Assembly: GCF_032191835.1 (NCBI RefSeq)
Contig: NC_083224.1
Location: 130,324,001 to 130,388,000 of the forward strand
Source: Heteronotia binoei
Taxonomy: Eukaryota
Direction: 5' to 3'
DNA: 64,000 nucleotides
Positions 60,130 to 64,000 of this stretch are shown here, one piece after another; position 1 is the first letter of the stretch; each line of letters opens with the position of its first letter. The notes under the pieces are model-generated. The model was not told the DNA's origin. It worked only from the letters and a program-made list of their open reading frames with translations, and searched no databases. The position numbers and the translations under genes are program-made.

Positions 60130-62330
60130 TGAGCGCACACCCTTTAAAGTGAGACACTAAGTAACATCAGACCTTAAAGAAGTTAAAAGGCTGTTGTTAA
60201 AAGCTCCGGCCCTAGGGCTACCTGATGTCAGCAAGACTGCCACCCTCCTCATTCCTGAAAGATATGGGACTGCAGTTGGAGTCTGTACCCAGATGTTGTA
60301 TTCATGGCATCAGCCAGTACCCTACTTGTCTGAACGGCTGGATGTAATAGCCAAGATGCCTCAGAGCCATTGCCCTAGAGTAGATCCAAGCTGCCCAGAT
60401 TTGACTGCTGTGCCCCTGCCTAACTCAGAAGCAGAATATTATACTGATGGCAGCAGTTCTGTACCAGATGAAGTGCGCCAGGCAGAATATGCTGTGGTCA
60501 CCCTGCAAAGGCAGAGCCAATTGACCTGACCAGAACACTTGAATTAGCAGCTGAAGCCAGAGCACGCATTTGCACCAATTCAACATATATGTTTTGACCC
60601 TCTATGCCTATGAAGCCCTATCTAATGAGAAGGAATTAATTCACACAGCAGAAGAGATTATCACATATGGCCCCAAGATCCTGAGACTTTTGGACTTTTG
60701 GTACAGCACATCAAAGCCATTCAGTAGCAAAAGGAAGAACCCAGGAAGAAGAAGGAGGGAAAGCCCAGGGAGCATCTACCGATCGTGATCAAGGACAGCT
60801 ATCTGATAACACACTTATTTGTCCCCAAAGCTATAGCTTGACCGTAGTGCAGCAAACTTATAAGGGAACTCATTATAGGAGACTCTGCCATAGCAAGGCT
60901 ACTAGATATACAAATGTTGTGGACTGTGTGCTACAGCTGCAACCAGATGTTTTATTTTTTTTTATTTATCTGAGATTTATATCCCGCCCTTCCCACTAGG
61001 TGGCTCAGGGCGGCTTACAACATGTAAAACTAACATAAAATATAAAATTAAGCATTTAATTAACATTTCATAATTTATAGTTAAAAATCTAAACAATTAT
61101 TATATACATAAATATATGTATATAATATACATAATGGTTTAAATGGTTTAATGGTTTCAGATGTATTTAAATGGTTTATGAATATGTGTGTTTGATGTGT
61201 TGGTATGTTTGTGGAAGAGCACCTCATTTCGTTGCTCTCTTTTTGTTGAGAACAATGACAATAAATTCATCTATCTATCTATCTAAACATTAAAATCATA
61301 CAGCGGTCTTAAAGCTACACTCGATTCAAATTCGATTTCAAATTCAGTATGTCGGTGTTCAGTGTTTGATGCCGGTTAGCTGTGGGCCAGCCGAAAGAGG
61401 GCTGTCTTACAGGCCCTGCGGAATTGGGTAAGGTCCCGCAGGGCCCTTACCTCTTCCGGCAGCTGGTTCCACCAAGATGGGGCCATTACGCAGAAGGCCC
61501 TGTCCCTTGTAGCTTTCAAACGGGCTTCCTTTGGCCCGGGGACAACCAGGAGGTTTTGAGTTCCCGATCTCAGTGCTCACTGGGGAACGTGTGGGAAGAG
61601 ACGGTCCCTCAGGTAGGCAGGTCCTAGGCCATATAGGGCTTTAAAGGTAATAACCAGCACCTTGTACCGGATGTGTGTCCTGTGCCAGAAATAATCCAAG
61701 ACAGAGCCTAAATTAGCCCCAGGGGTGCAGCATGTAGAAACTACCCAATTTAAGTTTATGATAATCAATTTCACTGAGCTGCCCAGATCACTAAGTACTC
61801 ACTAAGTCTTTGTGTGCTTACTCCAATTGGAATAAGGCCTTTCCCATCAGAACCAAGAAGGCCTCTAAGATATTGGTCCCAGAGGAAGGTGAGAGAGCGC
61901 ACTGGTCCACTGGAAGAATTAAGTAGCTAAAATGTGTCAGAGGACTAGCTTTAAGTAATCTAACACATTGCCCATTGCCTTGTTCAAACTGAGATGCTTA
62001 CCCAGAAAAGGGCTGGAAATTATGTTCTTTAAAAGATTATTCATGGAAGGCCCCTCCTAGTATAACAGGAAGTAAGGGAGACCCAGCCCAGGTAGGGACT
62101 TGTGTGGTTTCAAGAGATTTATTCGTTAGGAAGAGATATGAATGATGTATCTTAATATGTATTAGAAACTCTCCTTCTCCAGGTGCACCATCCCATGCAT
62201 AAATTCCAACCTGGACTCATCTTAAATGAGCTTCCCCAGGTACAGTCTGTTCCTGGGCCTAAAACTTACCCGACCACCGAGCTCTGGACCCCACCTACCG
62301 GCAACGATGGGATTCACAAGCAACTAGACG
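60130..62330 (+). pseudogene. pol: ERV pol remnant (tether/RNase H and integrase; protease and RT core absent)
   Basis: APALGLPD, PVPYLSERLD, PDLTAVPLP...YYTDGSS; integrase C.LCARNNP, FTELPR, LPIALFKLR. No YxDD segment found. Confidence 0.85.
60951..61671 (-). mobile_element. L2 3' fragment inserted in the ERV integrase
   Basis: L2 tail TATATCCCGCCC...GGCTCAGGGCGGCTTACA; RYKVLVITFKALYGLGPAYLRDRL; GATGT repeated at both junctions. Confidence 0.92.
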
Positions 62331-62449
62331 ACCCCTAGCTGCCGTCACGCTAGCTGACGTGCTTTACCCTCAGGAGAAGAAGCCATCAATTGGAGCAACT
62401 GACTGGTCAAGCTGAAGACCTATAACAAGCCCTAGTCAATGTTTTGTAG

Positions 62450-63652
62450 GTTTTATTCTTTACTTGTGTTTAGGCAGGTACTGGAGCTAGATTCTGCGAT
62501 TTGGCCACACTTAAGTGAAAGTTAAGAGTTTTGGGAAAACAGGATTTTTCTGTAAATATTGCTGTCCCAAATTCGAACCGTTGGAATTGTAGTTAGAGAT
62601 TAAGGAAAAGTATTTTAGCCATCAGGATTTGGAAAGCCCATTGGCTGAGTTAGACCCCCGCGAATCAGAGTGAATGGGAAATGTCATTGTCTTATAAACA
62701 TTTTGCAAAAGATGATGAGGAATGGGATCATGAAACCCAATTCAATATTCTAAGTAGGCCTTGGCTAAATACACCTAGGGCCTCGCCAAACACTTAGAGC
62801 CTCGCCAAACCTTTTGGTTTTAGAAAGTCAGGAACAACTTTGTCCCCATTATTTTGTGCAGGTTTGGGGTTATAGAGCACCTGCCATACCTGTGCTTCTT
62901 TTATATAGCCAAAAGTATCCATGATATAGGTATAAGAAGAAAGTGGAAACTCTGGTGGATTTTAAGGCAAAGGGAAGATTGCCCTGCCCGGATGAGGATA
63001 ATGTGCAGAAAGGCCCCCTCCATGGAATAACTTGTGCTGGAGGTGTAGAATTAACAAATAGATGTCTGCTGTAGGTATTGTTGTGTATGTGGCTGGCTGG
63101 AGGAGCAATCGGTTGTTTGATATTTGCTATACTACTCTGTGTGAAAGACTGTATAAGAGAGAGAGAAGAGGAATCAAGGTTATAAAAAGTTCTCAGAGTT
63201 TATTAGCCAATCCCCTTATATTCCTAAAATAAATAAGCACATCTCTTATGTTCTTATAGCTCAGAGGATGGCACAAGGAGTTTCAGAGGCAGCAAGAGAG
63301 ACCATAGATTCCAGATGAGTCGGGTCAGATTTTGACTGGAGAAAAGACGTTGAGAAGCCTGGTGAAGAGAGATGAGACAGATGACACAGAGTTTAAATCT
63401 GGTAGAAATTTATTCAAGTGGTTAACAAGCTGGCTTTCTAGTTTTAGCTGGCTGCGAGAGGGTTTTGTTGTAATCATGGCTTTAATAGTGTTATGCATCT
63501 TCCTATGTTGCTGCATTCATTGCCTTCCTGCATGTATGGAACATCTTGGATCCTTCAGGGCCTTAAAGGAAGAACCGGTGGCCCAAGACCCTGTGTATGA
63601 GGTGACGCTAGCCAACCGGCTATGGTATATGAAAAGCCAAGCTGTGCAGTAA
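62450..63652 (+). pseudogene. env: ERV env remnant; C-terminal TM portion open (63332-63652)
   Basis: FKWLTSWLSSFSWLREG (Trp-rich membrane-proximal region), FVVIMALIVLCIFLCCCIHC (TM with Cys cluster) and a cytoplasmic tail directly before the PPT. The upstream boundary is approximate. Confidence 0.75.
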
Positions 63653-63668
63653 GTACTTATGTGAGCAT

Positions 63669-63679
63669 GGAAGGGGGGG
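63669..63679 (+). promoter_or_regulatory. Polypurine tract
   Basis: GGAAGGGGGGG immediately before the 3' LTR. Confidence 0.85.
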
Positions 63680-63680
63680 T

Positions 63681-64000
63681 TGAAGCAGGGCTGAAATAAA
63701 AAGATATTAAATAAGGTAAATTGAAAGCCATCAATTAGGCACAAGAGCAAGAAAACAAAATGTCAAAGAGATTTTAAAAGTGCTTGCTAGATGCCTCTAT
63801 GAAATATTCCTTCTAGATTGTGAAAGGGAAGAAAGGGGAGTTAGGGGAGTTAGCAGTGTGTCCAACTTGTAGAAGCATAAGGCAGCAAAAGAGGAAGTTA
63901 ATCCTTCACCCATTGCCTTTGCTGCAGCTGCCTAAAAGAGGAACTAGAAACTGGCTGGAATAAGCACTAAAATAAGCATTGAGCAAATGTACCTTGGAAA
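63681..64000 (+). repeat. ERV 3' LTR (partial)
   Basis: Matches 57521-57831 with about a dozen substitutions and one 10-nt duplication (GGGGAGTTAG). Confidence 0.95.

Larger units (their letters stand above)
57521..64000 (+). mobile_element. Class I (gamma/epsilon-like) endogenous retrovirus, internally deleted; 3' LTR runs off the window
   Basis: Paired LTRs, PBS, gag MA motif, RNase H, integrase and env TM remnants, and PPT. Confidence 0.95.

Overview
Vertebrate non-coding, repeat-dense DNA. The repeat set (CORE-type tRNA SINEs with GAA tails, L2, CR1, RTEX-like LINEs, TAGGGTTGCCA elements) points to a squamate reptile, probably a gecko; this is inference. No host gene could be identified: only weak candidate micro-exons. 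Nearly every long ORF in the track belongs to a transposable element. Main structures: (i) two diverged Gypsy-type solo LTRs (11341-11899 minus, 40701-41283 plus; both with 5-bp TSDs) that carry a homologous small ORF in U3 ending RSLSPEF-stop, the most novel-looking signal here; (ii) a 5.1-kb chromodomain Ty3/Gypsy element (48246-53359) whose gag is split by a 1.35-kb TGT...ACA insert with a 4-bp TSD; (iii) an internally deleted class I ERV with a tRNA-Gly PBS and an env remnant (57521 to window end); (iv) a young 5'-truncated L2 with an uninterrupted 896-codon frame, nested in CR1 and hit by a Harbinger-type MITE at its own stop codon; (v) a 3.8-kb RTEX-like LINE with an 11-bp TSD; (vi) several hairpin structures, including a 66/67-bp inverted repeat and an array of 114-bp palindromic units. 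There are two N gaps. Everything was read by eye and no database search was run, so family names are pattern-based.
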